64,000 nucleotides of DNA from an uncultured Actinomycetes bacterium (GCA_963751715.1 CAVVVM010000004.1:122-64121); one strand, 5' to 3'. Shown: positions 1 to 8,869, counted from the first letter of the stretch. Notes: a model not told the origin generated them from the letters alone. Numbers and translations: made by a program.

Positions 1-299
1 CCTCTTTTCGTTTCATCGTAGTCTGCTCCATTCGCGCAGTTTGCCGGAACTCCGGCCTATGGGGACATCATTGAACAGGCTGCCGTCTTGGTGGCGCGAT
101 TGGCTCAAAACCACCCCTGCCTGATGGCAACAAGCGAGCCGCGTTTTGACGGCTGTCCGATTCCTCGATGCGAACCGGTCTTGGGGGGAGCCCCGCGAAC
201 GCTGACTCGGACGCCTCACGGGTCGAGTCGATTGCAGCCTCTGCCGTCGGTCATGACGCAATCGTCGCTCGGATTGAATCGCGCACCTCACCTGCCTGA
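1..299 (+). pseudogene. Doc/Fic-family toxin fragment (left-arm copy, 5' end cut by window, frameshifted)
   Basis: ORF 88..399 peptide VARLAQNHPCLMATSEPR matches the right-arm Doc copy. A shifted frame reads PLPDGNKRAA and then hits an early stop. Confidence 0.6.
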
Positions 300-469
300 T
301 CCCCCTGATCCTGGGCAATGGCTCCGCTGCTCAGCAATGGCCGTGACCCCTCGCGGCAAGGGACAAGGGGTCAGGGTGAGAATGCATCAGGATCTCTGAT
401 CTCACAGGCCACGCTAAAGGCCCAGCTATCAAATGATGCCCCTCGCTATTCGCGGTCACGAAGAGTAAC

Positions 470-2118
470 TGAACCTGGTTGGGAGCCAGAGCTTTCCACC
501 ATCCTTGAGAGCAGTCGCCACTGACTACTTGGCTGCCCAACGTTCCGGACTAACACTGATTTTGAAGCTCGGACTGCAGCGAGTGTCGATTGAGTTCCGA
601 CTTGGCGTATCCGCCACACCAGCGATTATCTGTGTAGAGGGCTTGAGTTGCCTGATCCGCAATCGATGCAGCCGATCGCGGAGAAGGCTGAGCCATGCTT
701 TGGGCCACCTCACGGCCACTCCACGATTCGGGAGGCCGCACCAAGCACGGCGCCCCGTGAGAATCTCCCTTTGGCCTCGACGATAGAGATCGCTCGAAGG
801 CCTCGGTGGAAGAGGCAATCACATCAATGTAGGTCCTCCCTCAAGACTTAATATAAAGGATCGCAAAAATCGCCTTGGGCGCCAGGCCAACTTAAGAAAA
901 ATGACCGTCAGACGGGCGCAGAATATCGTGGACCACCGTATAAGTAACCTCGCCTCAAAGAAGCGGAGCGCCTTGAGTAATCTCGGTTGACCTTCCCGGA
1001 GACCGGTACCGAGGCGAGAGCAGGTATGCACTGCCGTTCCCAGGTGACCTTTAGGGGGTCCGTCGTCCTCCGCCGCTCTAAGAGTGTTTAGTCTCTCATA
1101 AATCTCGCCGTGATCTAAAGCCCTCGGCGATCGGGTGATCAGGCCCGGAGAGCCTTGGAAACATCGATCACTCCGTCCGTGATGACCAACTCAGCCGCCG
1201 CTTCTCCGGGCACCCGGATTCCGGTTCCCCGGAAAACGCCGTCAGGCGCTTCCTTCTCGTCGCTGATCTCCGCATCATGAATATGGCCAATCAGCGTGCG
1301 ACCCACGGCAGCCCGCAGGTACCAGGCCATTCCTCGCTCCGGGTCCATCGCACGCCCCCACAAAAAGAGGATCCAGGACCCACTTCTACTCAAAGTGGCG
1401 TTTTGAAACGCGAACCCGGGATTTTCGGACGCTTGAAGGGCACGTTATTGGCCAGCACCTCTCGCGAAACCCACTCGAGGAGGCGCGCCTCGTTCCTCCA
1501 GGACCAAGAGGGCCGATCGGTGATGACGAGGTGAGGGCTAAGTCCGTAAGGACAGTTAGAAGTGAAGTCAGTTCCTCCCCGGGTTCAGGGCAGGAAAGGA
1601 ATCGCGGGGTCCGTTAGGGCGCCATTCTCGTCCTCCGCGACCGGCCAGGGGAGCTCGCGAGCTGCCGCCGTCCGGAACCGTCGCCGGACGACAGTGAAGA
1701 TCGCACGCGCCTTGGTCGGTCTCTGCGCCCGTGACGAAATCCGCTCACTCTTTCCGTGATCATTTTGATCATCGGCGCGCCCACCTCAGCTGCGGCTATA
1801 AACGCGTCAAACCGCTGCTGATATTGTTCTTCCGTTCGATTCTTCGTCGAGAACTCAAAAGAACTGGGACAGCGCGCTCAAGGTCGCTCGGCACGACGTC
1901 AGCGACCGCATCTGGATCCTTCATCGCGAGGCTGCCCCGAATCGCTTCCGCGATGAGGTTCTAGACTGGAGCTAGGCCTGCCCAGCCATGACCAGCGGAA
2001 CTGAGCTAGGGTCAAGACCGAGCCGCGCACAAGCCTCCTCCATACTTGGCTGGAGGAAGTGTCTGGGCTGCTCAGTCACCTCGTAGTAGATCCGAACTTC
2101 GACGTCTGCGGTCGCCAT
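470..2118 (-). pseudogene. Degenerate mirror copy of the 550-aa PD-(D/E)xK candidate nuclease
   Basis: ORF 1972..2205(-) contains MATADVEVRIYYEVTEQ. ORF 1139..1393(-) contains MDPERGMAWYLRAAVGRTLIGHIHDAEISDEK. Both match 4894..6546 but are scattered over several frames. Confidence 0.8.
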
Positions 2119-2138
2119 TACACTCCTTCTGGGACTCT

Positions 2139-3064
2139 TTGATTGTAGACCACCAATCAGCGATGACTCAAGCCGACACAAGCAAAGCCAAAGCGAGAAC
2201 CCCACAAAGTGAGAAGGGGAGGAGTCTCAGCGGGCCCGAACCTTCCAACGGCCTAACGGCCCGCGAGTGGACTCGGATGTCCCGCAATGTTTGGGGGACG
2301 ACCTTTCGAGCCCGCGGGACAAGCGTCGCCTAGAGCATGGCGAAGCTTCCCGCTCAAGCTGGCGGAACGCTGCATCACCCTCTATTCGCGCGAAAGGAGG
2401 ATCTCGTCCCGCCGACCCAGCCTCCGGGGTATGACTGTCGCAACGACAGTTGTGGCGGCATCCCGGTCTTGGAAAGAAGGAGCGTGGGCGTGGAACTCAA
2501 CCCACGTTTTGTGCGCTTGCCAAGGAATGGGCGGCCGACCGAATCGCCCCTTCTCAGGCCTGACGTTGAACCGGTCATTATTAATGATGACTGTCGAGTG
2601 GTGCTTTGAGACTCTTCCCCCTGACTCCATCCAGGTCACGGTTACGTCACCGCCGTACGCTGATTTCATTCGTCGATCAGTTGAGGACCGCACCAAGACG
2701 CACAAGACCAGCCGCATCGTTGAGCACAACAACAGCACAGTAAAGCCTTACTCTGATATGGGAAACCTCGACTATTCGCAGTTCATCCCAGCCTGCCGAG
2801 AAGTCCTCGGACCTCTCCTGAAGGCGACGAAGCCGGGTGGCTACGCCGTTTGGGTCGTGAAAGACCACCGACTGCCACCGGACCTGCCCTACGTACCCGT
2901 TGCGCGTAAATTCGTCGAGCTGCCGCTGTGGTAGGATTGGCCTCTGGCACTGATCTCATTGTCTGCAACTGAAAAACCAACAGCGTAGCCTGGTGCTCCT
3001 CGGCTACCCCTATGCGGTTTCTACACCAATCAGAACTGCTCGTTTCTGGTAGTCCTTCGCATTA
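2139..3064 (+). pseudogene. Degenerate mirror copy of the SPPY DNA methyltransferase
   Basis: ORF 2046..2333 carries IVDHQSAMTQADTSKAKARTPQSEK. ORF 2287..2934 carries VTVTSPPYADFIRRSVEDRTKTHK. The same peptides occur in 3954..4874(-), here split by frameshifts. Confidence 0.8.
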
Positions 3065-3084
3065 CCCCCTTCTCGGGGGATGCC

Positions 3085-3508
3085 GTGCAGGCCGTGCACC
3101 CATACCCCTGCAGCTTCCCGGGATCCATGTGCGGGCAATTGCCCCAGCGGCGGTGGGGTGTCCCTGCAGGGTTCCGGTGGCAGCGGGACCGCCGTCTCGA
3201 AGCTTCTCTGCACGGGAGTTTCGATCAGGCGATTGGAGTGGACTGCAACCCGATTGGGCTCCTCATCGCTCGGTGCAAGACCCTCAAACCTCGTCCGGCT
3301 CTCTTGACGCAGCTGAGAAGCTCCTTGTTGAGCTCCGTACGGAATTTCTGGGGTTCCGCACTAGCTGCGCGAAACTACCGGGTTTTCGCGGTCGCGACGC
3401 ACCCATATTCGCCGCAAGTCGCCCAGGAGATTGCGGCCATTCTCAAGTTCATGCGTGACCGGGTCTACTCGATTTCGAAAGCACTTGGCTTCGCTGTGCT
3501 CTGTCGCT
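3085..3508 (+). pseudogene. Left-arm copy of the N-terminal part of the second methyltransferase
   Basis: ORF 3085..3642 begins MQAVHPYPCSFPGS and contains SLHGSFDQAIGVDCNPIGLLIARCKT. This mirrors 3509..3957(-), but the FxGxG region is frameshifted. Confidence 0.7.
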
Positions 3509-3957
3509 GTCGACAGAGCACAGCGAAGCCAAGTGCTTTCGAAATCCGAGTAGACCCGGTCACGCATGAACTCGAGAATGGCCGCAATCTCTTGGGCGAC
3601 TTGCGGCGAAAACCAATGGTCGCGACCGCGAAAACCCGGTAGTTTCGCGCGGCTTGTGCGGAACCCCAGAGATTCCGTACGGAGCTCGACGAGGAGCTTC
3701 TCAGCTGCGTCGAGCTCGCCGGACGAGGTATTGAGGGTCTTGCACCGAGCGATGAGGAGCCCAATCGGGTTGCAGTCCACTCCAATCGCCTGATCGAAAC
3801 TGCCGTGCAGAGAAGCTTCGAGAACGGCGGTCCCGCTGCCACAGAAAGGATCCAGGAACACCCCACCGCCGCTGAGGTAGGCCCGCGCAGTGGATCCCGG
3901 GAAGCTGCAGGGGTATGGGTGCACGGCCTGCACGGCATCCCCCGAGAAGGCGGTCAT
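3361..3957 (-). CDS. DNA methyltransferase, N-terminal portion only. Genuine sequence ends at the palindrome centre (about 3509); the last ~50 codons read through into the other arm.
   Basis: Carries HPYPCSFP and motif I FLDPFCGSGT. No catalytic (D/N/S)PP(Y/F) motif appears before the junction. Its start overlaps the stop of the upstream methyltransferase (3954-3957). Confidence 0.65.
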   Translation of the reverse strand: MTAFSGDAVQAVHPYPCSFPGSTARAYLSGGGVFLDPFCGSGTAVLEASLHGSFDQAIGVDCNPIGLLIARCKTLNTSSGELDAAEKLLVELRTESLGFRTSRAKLPGFRGRDHWFSPQVAQEIAAILEFMRDRVYSDFESTWLRCALSTATEHSEAKCFRNRVDPVTHELENGRNLLGDLRRIWVRRDRENPVVSRS

Positions 3958-4874
3958 TCGGGCTTACGAAGGACTACCAGAAACGAGCAGTTCTGATTGG
4001 TGTAGAACCGCGTGGGGTAGCCGAGGAGCACCAGGCTACGCTGTTCGTTTTGGTTCCAGACAATGAGATCGTGCCAGAGCCATCCTTCAGCCACGGCGGC
4101 TCGAGCGAGGTCACTCGCAACGGGTACGTAGGGCAGGTCCGGTGGCAGTCGGTGGTCTTTCACGACCCAAACGGCGTAGCCACCCGGCTTCGTCGCCTTC
4201 AGGAGAGGTCCGAGGACTTCTCGGCAGGCTGGGATGAACTGCGAATAGTCGAGGTTTCCCAGATCTCGAGGATCGTCAGAGTAAGGCTTTACTGTGCTGT
4301 TGTTGTGCTCAACGATGCGGCTGGTCTTGTGCGTCTTGGTGCGGTCCTCGACTGATCGGCGAATGAAATCAGCGTACGGCGGTGACGTAACCGTGACCTG
4401 GATGGAGTCAGGGGGAAGAGTCTCAAGCGCCGCTCGACAGTCATCATTAATAATGACCGGTTCAACGTCAGGCCTGAGAAGGGGCGAATCGTCGGCCGCC
4501 CATTCCTCGGCAAGCGCCGCAAAACGTGGGTTGAGTTCCACGCCCACGCTCCTTCTTCCAAGCCGGGATGCCGCCACGACTGTCGTTCCGATACCGAGGA
4601 AGGGGTCGCAGACAAGATCCTCTTCGCGCGAATAGAGGGTGATGCAGCGTTCCGCCAGCTTAAGCGGGAAGACTGCGCCATGCTCTAGGTGACGCTTGTC
4701 CCGCGGGCTCGAAAGGTCGTCCCAAACATTGCGGGACATCCGAGTCCACTCGCGGGCCGTTAGGCCGTTGAAGGTTCGGGCCCGCTGAGACTCCTCCTTC
4801 TCACTTTGTGGGGTTCTCGCTTTGGCTTTGCTTGTGTCGGCTTGAGTCATCGCTGATTGGTGGTCTACAATCAA
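3954..4874 (-). CDS. N4-cytosine/N6-adenine DNA methyltransferase (motif X-I followed by motif IV SPPY)
   Basis: Intact 306-aa ORF with DPFLGIGTTVVAASRLGRRSVGVELNP (AdoMet binding) and VTVTSPPYADF (catalytic). An ATG at 4850 is an alternative start. Confidence 0.9.
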   Translation of the reverse strand: MIVDHQSAMTQADTSKAKARTPQSEKEESQRARTFNGLTAREWTRMSRNVWDDLSSPRDKRHLEHGAVFPLKLAERCITLYSREEDLVCDPFLGIGTTVVAASRLGRRSVGVELNPRFAALAEEWAADDSPLLRPDVEPVIINDDCRAALETLPPDSIQVTVTSPPYADFIRRSVEDRTKTHKTSRIVEHNNSTVKPYSDDPRDLGNLDYSQFIPACREVLGPLLKATKPGGYAVWVVKDHRLPPDLPYVPVASDLARAAVAEGWLWHDLIVWNQNEQRSLVLLGYPTRFYTNQNCSFLVVLRKPE

Positions 4875-4889
4875 AGAGTCCGGAAGGAG
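4866..4889 (+). promoter_or_regulatory. Possible -10 (tacaat) and Shine-Dalgarno (ggaaggag) for the 550-aa gene, within a 20-44 bp divergent intergenic region
   Basis: tacaat at 4866-4871 and ggaaggag at 4882-4889, with the ATG at 4894. Confidence 0.35.
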
Positions 4890-4893
4890 TGTA

Positions 4894-6546
4894 ATGGCGA
4901 CCGCAGACGTCGAAGTTCGGATCTACTACGAGGTGACTGAGCAGGCCCGACACTTCCTCCAGCCAAGTATGGAGGAGGCTTGTGCGCGGCTCGGTCTTGA
5001 CCCTAGCTCAGTTCGGCTGATCAAGCTAGGCAGGCCTAGCTCGGTCGAGAAGCCCATCGCGGAAGCGATTCGGGGCGGCCTCGCGATGAAGGATCCAGAT
5101 GCGGTGGTTACAGTCGTGCGGGGCGGCCTTGAGCGCGCTGTCGCATTCTTTGAGTTCTCGACGGCGGTTCGAACGGAAGACCACGATCAGCAGCGGTTTG
5201 ACGCGTTTGTTGCCGCAGCTGAGGTGGGCGCGCCGATGATCAAAGTATACGCGGAAAGAGTGAGCGGATTTCGTCACGGTGGCAGAACCGACCATGACAC
5301 GCGTGCGATCTACAAGATCGTCCAGCAACAGTTCGGGACGGCAGCTTTCGAGCTCCCCTGGCCGGTCGCGGAAGACGGGAGTCGCGCCCTAACGGACCCG
5401 CGATTCCTTTCCTGCCCTGAACCCGGGGAGGAACTGACTTCACTTCTAACTGTCCTTACGGACTTAGCCCTCACCTCGTCATCACCGATCGGCCCTCTGG
5501 TCCTGGAGGAAGCGGCACGCCTCCCTGAGTGGGCGTCGCGAGAGGTGCTGGCCAATAACGTGCCCTTCGAGCGTCCGAAAATCCCGGGTTCGCGTTCAAC
5601 GCGAGTTTGGGTGAAAGATGGGTCCTGGAATCTCAAGTTCAACAGGTGGGGGCATGCAATGGACCCGGAGCGAGGAATGGCCTGGTACCTGCGGGCTGCC
5701 GTGGGTCGCACGCTGATTGGCCATATTCATGATGCGGAGATCAGCGACGAGAAGGACGCCCTGACGGCGTTTTCCAAGGGAACCGGAATCCGGGTGCCCG
5801 GAGACGCGGCTGAGTTGGTCACGGACGGAGTGATCGATGTTTCCAAGGCTCTGCGGACCTCATCGCCCAATCGCCCAGGACTTTCGATCGTCACGAATTG
5901 CTCAGAGTTCAACCTATGCGACGGTGGAGGGCAACAAGTCCTAAAGGTCACCTGGGAACGGCAGTCCATACCTGCTCTCGCCTCGTACGGGTCTCCGGGA
6001 AGGTCAACCGAGATTACTCAAGGCGCTCGCTTCTCTGAGGACGAGGTTACTTATACGGTGGTCCACGATATTCTGCGCCCGGCCGGTTACGAGTTGGTGT
6101 TCGTGAGTTTTCCTGGCGCCCAAGGCGATTTTGCGATCCTCGATCCGGAAGGTGGGCGGACTAGAGGGAGGACCTACATTGATGTGATTGCCTTCCACCG
6201 AGGCCTTCGAGCGATTGCTCTGGTCGAGGCCAAAGGGAGATTCTCACGGGGCGCCGTGCTTGGTGCGGCCTCCCGAATCGTGGAGTGGCGAGATGACCCA
6301 AGCATGGCTCGCCTTCTCCGCGATCGGCTGCATCCGATTTGGGATCAGGCAACTCAGCCCTCTACACAGATAATCGTTGGTGTGGCATACGCCAAGTCGG
6401 AACTCGATCGACGCTCGCTGGGGTTGGGGGCCGACTTCGAAATCAGTGTTAGTCCGGAACGTTGGGCGGCCGAATCGTCAGTGGCAACTGCTCTCAAGGA
6501 TGGTGGAAAGCTCTCGCTCCCAACCAGGTTCAGTTACTCTTCGTGA
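4894..6546 (+). CDS. Candidate restriction endonuclease: unknown ~400-aa N-terminal region plus a C-terminal PD-(D/E)xK-like core
   Basis: Intact 550-aa ORF, divergent from the methyltransferases. GDFAILD...YIDVIAFHRGLRAIALVEAKG fits D-x13-E-x-K. GC3-rich. Confidence 0.6.
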   Translation: MATADVEVRIYYEVTEQARHFLQPSMEEACARLGLDPSSVRLIKLGRPSSVEKPIAEAIRGGLAMKDPDAVVTVVRGGLERAVAFFEFSTAVRTEDHDQQRFDAFVAAAEVGAPMIKVYAERVSGFRHGGRTDHDTRAIYKIVQQQFGTAAFELPWPVAEDGSRALTDPRFLSCPEPGEELTSLLTVLTDLALTSSSPIGPLVLEEAARLPEWASREVLANNVPFERPKIPGSRSTRVWVKDGSWNLKFNRWGHAMDPERGMAWYLRAAVGRTLIGHIHDAEISDEKDALTAFSKGTGIRVPGDAAELVTDGVIDVSKALRTSSPNRPGLSIVTNCSEFNLCDGGGQQVLKVTWERQSIPALASYGSPGRSTEITQGARFSEDEVTYTVVHDILRPAGYELVFVSFPGAQGDFAILDPEGGRTRGRTYIDVIAFHRGLRAIALVEAKGRFSRGAVLGAASRIVEWRDDPSMARLLRDRLHPIWDQATQPSTQIIVGVAYAKSELDRRSLGLGADFEISVSPERWAAESSVATALKDGGKLSLPTRFSYSS

Positions 6547-6630
6547 CCGCGAATAGCGAGGGGCCTGGTCTCAGACGCTGAGCCTTCGATCGTAGCTAGT
6601 GGGGTCGGCGGACCTGATGCATTCTCACCC

Positions 6631-6659
6631 TGACCCCTTGTCCCTTGCGCGAGGGGTCA
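6631..6659. terminator. Hairpin between convergent genes (tgacccct / aggggtca, 13-nt loop)
   Basis: 8-bp inverted repeat at 6631-6638 and 6652-6659, between the stops at 6546(+) and 6703(-). No U-tract. Confidence 0.35.
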
Positions 6660-6702
6660 CGGCCGTGCTGAGCAGCGGAGCCATTGCCCAGGATCAGGGG
6701 GA

Positions 6703-7100
6703 TCAGGCAGGTGAGGTGCGCGATTCAATCCAAGCGACGATTGCGTCATGACCGACGGCAGAGGCTGCAATCGACTCGACCATTGAGGCGTCCAAGTCAG
6801 CGTTCGCGGGGCTCCAAACGAGTCCGTTCGCATCGAGGAATCGGACAGCCATCAAGAACGCGGCTCGCTTGTTGCCATCAGGCAGGGGTGGTTTTGAGCC
6901 AATCGCGCCACCAAGACGGCAGCCTGTTCAATGATGCCTCCATAGGCCGGAGTTCCGGCAAACTGCGCGAATGGAGCGTGCAACGCTGAATCGGCAAGAG
7001 GGAGGTTTGGAAACCTGCTCACCGTCTCCGGGGCAAACCCCAATACCTTCGCTGCGAGGCGTACGTAGTCCCCGAGGCGGGGAACCCATGCAGGTTGCAC
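6703..7100 (-). pseudogene. doc: Doc (death-on-curing, Fic-fold) toxin with one 1-nt frameshift
   Basis: ORF 6852..7100(-) ends ...VARLAQNHPCLMATSEPRS. Shifting one base at the G4/C4 run (6886-6889) restores HPLPDGNKRAAFLMAVRFLDANGLVW...IESRTSPA, with a stop at 6703. Confidence 0.8.
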
Positions 7101-7112
7101 TGCTCTGAACCG

Positions 7113-7316
7113 CTACTTGCTCAGCCGATCGAACGTCTCAGCATGGTCGGCCATGAATCGCTCGGCGAAGGCATCATTGGCAGCCTGCCTTTCGGCCTCT
7201 TCTGCGCTCAGGCGCTGGCCTACCTCCGAAAGCTGGTCGGGGCTCAGGTGGTACTTCTCAGCAAGCTCCTTGGCGATCTGCTCGATCAGCTCATCAGTGA
7301 TGTTCGTTGCTGCCAT
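7113..7316 (-). CDS. Small helical antitoxin candidate upstream of the frameshifted Doc (67 aa)
   Basis: MAATNITDELIEQIAKELAEKYHL...FMADHAETFDRLSK starts at ATG 7316. It is a paralogue of 11731..11934(-). It ends 12 nt before the Doc start. Confidence 0.55.
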   Translation of the reverse strand: MAATNITDELIEQIAKELAEKYHLSPDQLSEVGQRLSAEEAERQAANDAFAERFMADHAETFDRLSK

Positions 7317-7419
7317 GCGCTGATTGTACGCCGCCGGGTGACCGCTACCAAGGGGCTGCGCAAAGTTGTCGCGATTCCGACCCCTCGCCCTGGCGTGAAG
7401 GGTCCGCGAGGGGACTGTT

Positions 7420-7436
7420 GTTGCGTGTTGCGCAAC
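7420..7436. promoter_or_regulatory. Operator-like site: half-site gttgcgt followed by the perfect 10-bp palindrome gttgcgcaac
   Basis: Palindrome at 7427-7436, 17 nt before the GTG start at 7453. The same 22-mer recurs at 10850-10871. Confidence 0.5.
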
Positions 7437-7452
7437 ATGATACAGTTGGCCT

Positions 7453-8109
7453 GTGATCGACTCTCGCGACATCTACGTGCTGGCCGGCACTGTTGCCTCG
7501 CAGCGGGAAGCGCCATCTCTGCGCGAACTCGCGGCCGAGCTCCACGTCGACCACACTCTCGTCCACCGCGCACTTGGCAGAGCGGCCGAGGCAGGTCTCT
7601 ACTCACCCTCCTCGCGAAGCGTGAACCTCCCGGCCTTCGAAGAGCTCGTCGTTCATGCCGCCCGCTTCATCGCACCGGCACCGCTCGGTGCGCTCGTGGC
7701 CGGAGTTCCCGCAGCCTGGGCTGCTGAGCCGGTCGCGTCGCATATCAGCGAGGCTGGCGATGACCCACCACCGGTTTGGCCCTCAGCGAAGGGGACGATC
7801 CGTGGGCAGACGCTCGAACCGCTCCACCCTTCGGCTGCGGCGGCCGCGGCGGAACATCAGCGACTCGCGGAGATGCTCGCCGTGATCGACTCGCTCCGAG
7901 CAGGTGACCTTCGCGTCCGAAAGGTCGCGGCGAAACTTCTGCATGAGCAGATCGCTTCGGCAGGAAGGGCGCTCGTCCATGAGCGCCGAGCTCGTGGAGG
8001 CTGCCGCATTGGCTCTCGGCCCGATCACAAGCGAGCTCGTCTTCCTCGGCGGCGCGAGCGTTCACCTCTGGATCACCGACCCAGCTGCGCCGCCGACGCG
8101 CGCAACTGA
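7453..8109 (+). CDS. wHTH regulator / AbiEi-like antitoxin candidate (3' end uncertain; overlaps the next gene by ~130 nt as drawn)
   Basis: SLRELAAELHVDHTLVHRALGRAAEAGL is HTH-like. It lies immediately upstream of a nucleotidyltransferase gene. GTG start. Confidence 0.6.
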   Translation: MIDSRDIYVLAGTVASQREAPSLRELAAELHVDHTLVHRALGRAAEAGLYSPSSRSVNLPAFEELVVHAARFIAPAPLGALVAGVPAAWAAEPVASHISEAGDDPPPVWPSAKGTIRGQTLEPLHPSAAAAAAEHQRLAEMLAVIDSLRAGDLRVRKVAAKLLHEQIASAGRALVHERRARGGCRIGSRPDHKRARLPRRRERSPLDHRPSCAADARN

Positions 8110-8728
8110 AGACGTCGACGTGATCTCGGAAGTGACCTCGCTGGCCTCCTATTACTCACTCGGCGAGCGCCTGCGCGAGCGCGGCTTCGTCGAAGCGAAC
8201 GACTCCGAAGTGATCTGCCGCTGGCGGCATGCGGAGACTGGAATCTTGGTTGACGTCATGCCCCAAGATGAGGAAGTCCTTGGCTTCTCCAACCGCTGGT
8301 ACCCGACTGTGATCGCCACCGCAACAGACCTGACCCTCGGGAACGGCATGACCATCTGCGCCGCAACGCCACCGAGCATCGTCGCGACCAAGCTGGCCGC
8401 GTGGAAAGGGCGAGGTGGCGGCGACGCGCTCACGAGCCTCGACCTTCACGACATCGTCGTCCTTGTCGACGGACGAGCAGAGCTGGCACAGGAAATCGAT
8501 GGAAGTGACGGTCAACTTCGCAACTACGTGGCGGGAGAGCTCGAGGCCCTGATCGCTGACCGTAACCTCGACTACCTGCTCGCGAGCGCTCTGCACGGAC
8601 ACGGGGTGCTGGCCGACGAACGCGCAGCTCGGTCGGAAGGAGATCATGGGAGAAATCGCCGGTCGCGCCTGACCAGATGTCCCTTGCGCGAAGGGTTCGC
8701 TCCGGACCGCAAGCCCCTGAGCTCTTGA
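7979..8728 (+). CDS. Nucleotidyltransferase-fold protein (AbiEii/MenT-like toxin candidate)
   Basis: LVFLGGASVHLWITDPAAPPTRATEDVDV has the G[GS]...D-x-D NTase signature. MSAEL start at 7979. Confidence 0.65.
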   Translation: MSAELVEAAALALGPITSELVFLGGASVHLWITDPAAPPTRATEDVDVISEVTSLASYYSLGERLRERGFVEANDSEVICRWRHAETGILVDVMPQDEEVLGFSNRWYPTVIATATDLTLGNGMTICAATPPSIVATKLAAWKGRGGGDALTSLDLHDIVVLVDGRAELAQEIDGSDGQLRNYVAGELEALIADRNLDYLLASALHGHGVLADERAARSEGDHGRNRRSRLTRCPLREGFAPDRKPLSS

Positions 8729-8808
8729 CGTCCTGACCTTCAATCCGGGGTGCCAGCCCGGGCGCGGCGCCCCTGCATGTGATCAGCGAGATGCTCTTCA
8801 TGCAAATC

Positions 8809-8850
8809 TTGCCTTGCTAGGCAAAAAATGTATATCAAGCAATCATCTGC
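8809..8850. promoter_or_regulatory. AT-rich promoter island with inverted repeat ttgcct-tgct-aggcaa
   Basis: Inverted repeat at 8809-8824, followed by gcaaaaaatgtatatcaagcaatcatc. This is the only markedly AT-rich stretch in this GC-rich neighbourhood, 20-60 nt upstream of the 8870 start. Confidence 0.45.
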
Positions 8851-8869
8851 GCTATCCTTGCCGTAGCTC

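Larger units (their letters stand above)
1..3508. repeat. Left (degenerate) arm of a giant inverted duplication; mirror image of 3509-7015
   Basis: 3481-3506 is the exact reverse complement of 3511-3536, with only ctgt between them. ORF 13..318(-) and ORF 6684..6989(+) translate to near-identical peptides. Homology runs to the window edge. This arm carries many indels and some substitutions. Confidence 0.9.
3509..7015. repeat. Right (ORF-intact) arm of the inverted duplication
   Basis: Mirror partner of 1-3508. It carries the intact 306-aa and 550-aa ORFs whose fragments appear broken in the left arm. Confidence 0.9.

Noticed and set aside
1-7015. The palindrome read as a hairpin telomere of a linear replicon (protelomerase-type end).
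   Set aside because: This cannot be supported. The turnaround lies inside a methyltransferase coding sequence, no telomere resolvase-like gene is in the window, and the left arm looks error-laden rather than an exact complement. I kept it only as a minor alternative in the finding.
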